Shown here piece after piece: positions 51,952 through 52,450 of a stretch of DNA of 52,450 nt (position 1 is its first letter; every line of letters starts with the position of its first letter). The translations under genes were made by a program, and so were the position numbers. The notes beneath the pieces are model-generated. The model did not search any database and was not told the origin of the DNA. It was given only the letters and a program-made list of their open reading frames with translations. This DNA is from Bacteroidales bacterium (lineage in GTDB: Bacteria; Bacteroidota; Bacteroidia; Bacteroidales; WCHB1-69), in contig JAZRYT010000069.1 in the NCBI GenBank assembly GCA_045600905.1, forward strand, positions 1 through 52,450. Reading direction: 5' to 3'.

Positions 51952-52450
51952 TTAGAGCTTTATTCCAAACAGAGATTCAAAATTGTTGGCATCCAAGCAA
52001 GCCTCACCACCATCAAATTTCACATAGAAGAGCAATCTGCCCTTGTTCAGTTCCTTTCTCACACTATGGTGATTAGGTTCGGTTACAGCTTCCGCAAGAC
52101 ACGTTCCATCTTGTGAAGGTATCTTAATTGTTGTCTTGTTTTGGTTCTTTGTATCTTGTTCGATGAAGTATTTTTCGTCTTCTAAATCAGGGTTTGACAC
52201 AAGTTCAAGAATATGCTGGAACGATACTCCATACACTTTGTCGAAGAACACCTGTACATAGAAATGTGGTACATCGTAGGTTTGAATCCATTTGTGAACC
52301 ACCTTCAAGTCTTCCACCTTTGGGGTGATAGACAATGAGTTGCGTTTTTGAATAGCTTTGAGACATTTCTTAATCTCTGAAAGCATCGCAGAAAGTTCTT
52401 GCAGGCGCTGTGACGAACGCCAAGTCGTAGCCCGAAAATCAAGTGTGCGG
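51952..52450 (-). CDS. AccI family type II restriction endonuclease, C-terminal part (starts beyond the window)
   Basis: Frame open to the window edge; LSITPKVEDL..V.KWI....VPHFY.QVFFD, KNQNKTTIKI, KEL..GRLLFYV.F.GG recalled from R.AccI-type enzymes. Confidence 0.75.
   Translation of the reverse strand, partial: RTLDFRATTWRSSQRLQELSAMLSEIKKCLKAIQKRNSLSITPKVEDLKVVHKWIQTYDVPHFYVQVFFDKVYGVSFQHILELVSNPDLEDEKYFIEQDTKNQNKTTIKIPSQDGTCLAEAVTEPNHHSVRKELNKGRLLFYVKFDGGEACLDANNFESLFGIKL

Overview
Chromosomal window from a Bacteroidales bacterium, judged by TAnnTTTG promoter elements, A/T-rich leaders and a type IX secretion (T9SS) C-terminal domain. Most of it is housekeeping: atpBEF and atpHAG (split about 33 kb apart, opposite strands), tatD, nagB, a fadD-like ligase, rlmD, nadD, a menA-like gene, dsbD, lnt, dnaN, pyrE, ftsE, gyrB and RNase P RNA. 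Accessory segments are (i) 18.0-22.2 kb: a REP palindrome, then an ECF sigma factor fused in one ORF to an anti-sigma-like segment, a probable transmembrane helix, a Pro/Thr linker and WG repeats, then two paralogous GIN/DUF2807 proteins and a broken RelB-PIN pair; (ii) an AAA/PD-(D/E)XK gene bracketed by short tandem repeats; (iii) a 1430-aa C10 protease T9SS cargo; (iv) a decaying island upstream of gyrB with Fic/wHTH debris, a highly degenerate MreB/actin-like protein and an AccI-like restriction-modification pair whose methyltransferase has an extra C-terminal module. The best candidates for something undescribed are the membrane-tethered sigma/WG-repeat locus and the MreB-like pseudo-ATPase. 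All family assignments come from motif recognition by eye; no searches were run.
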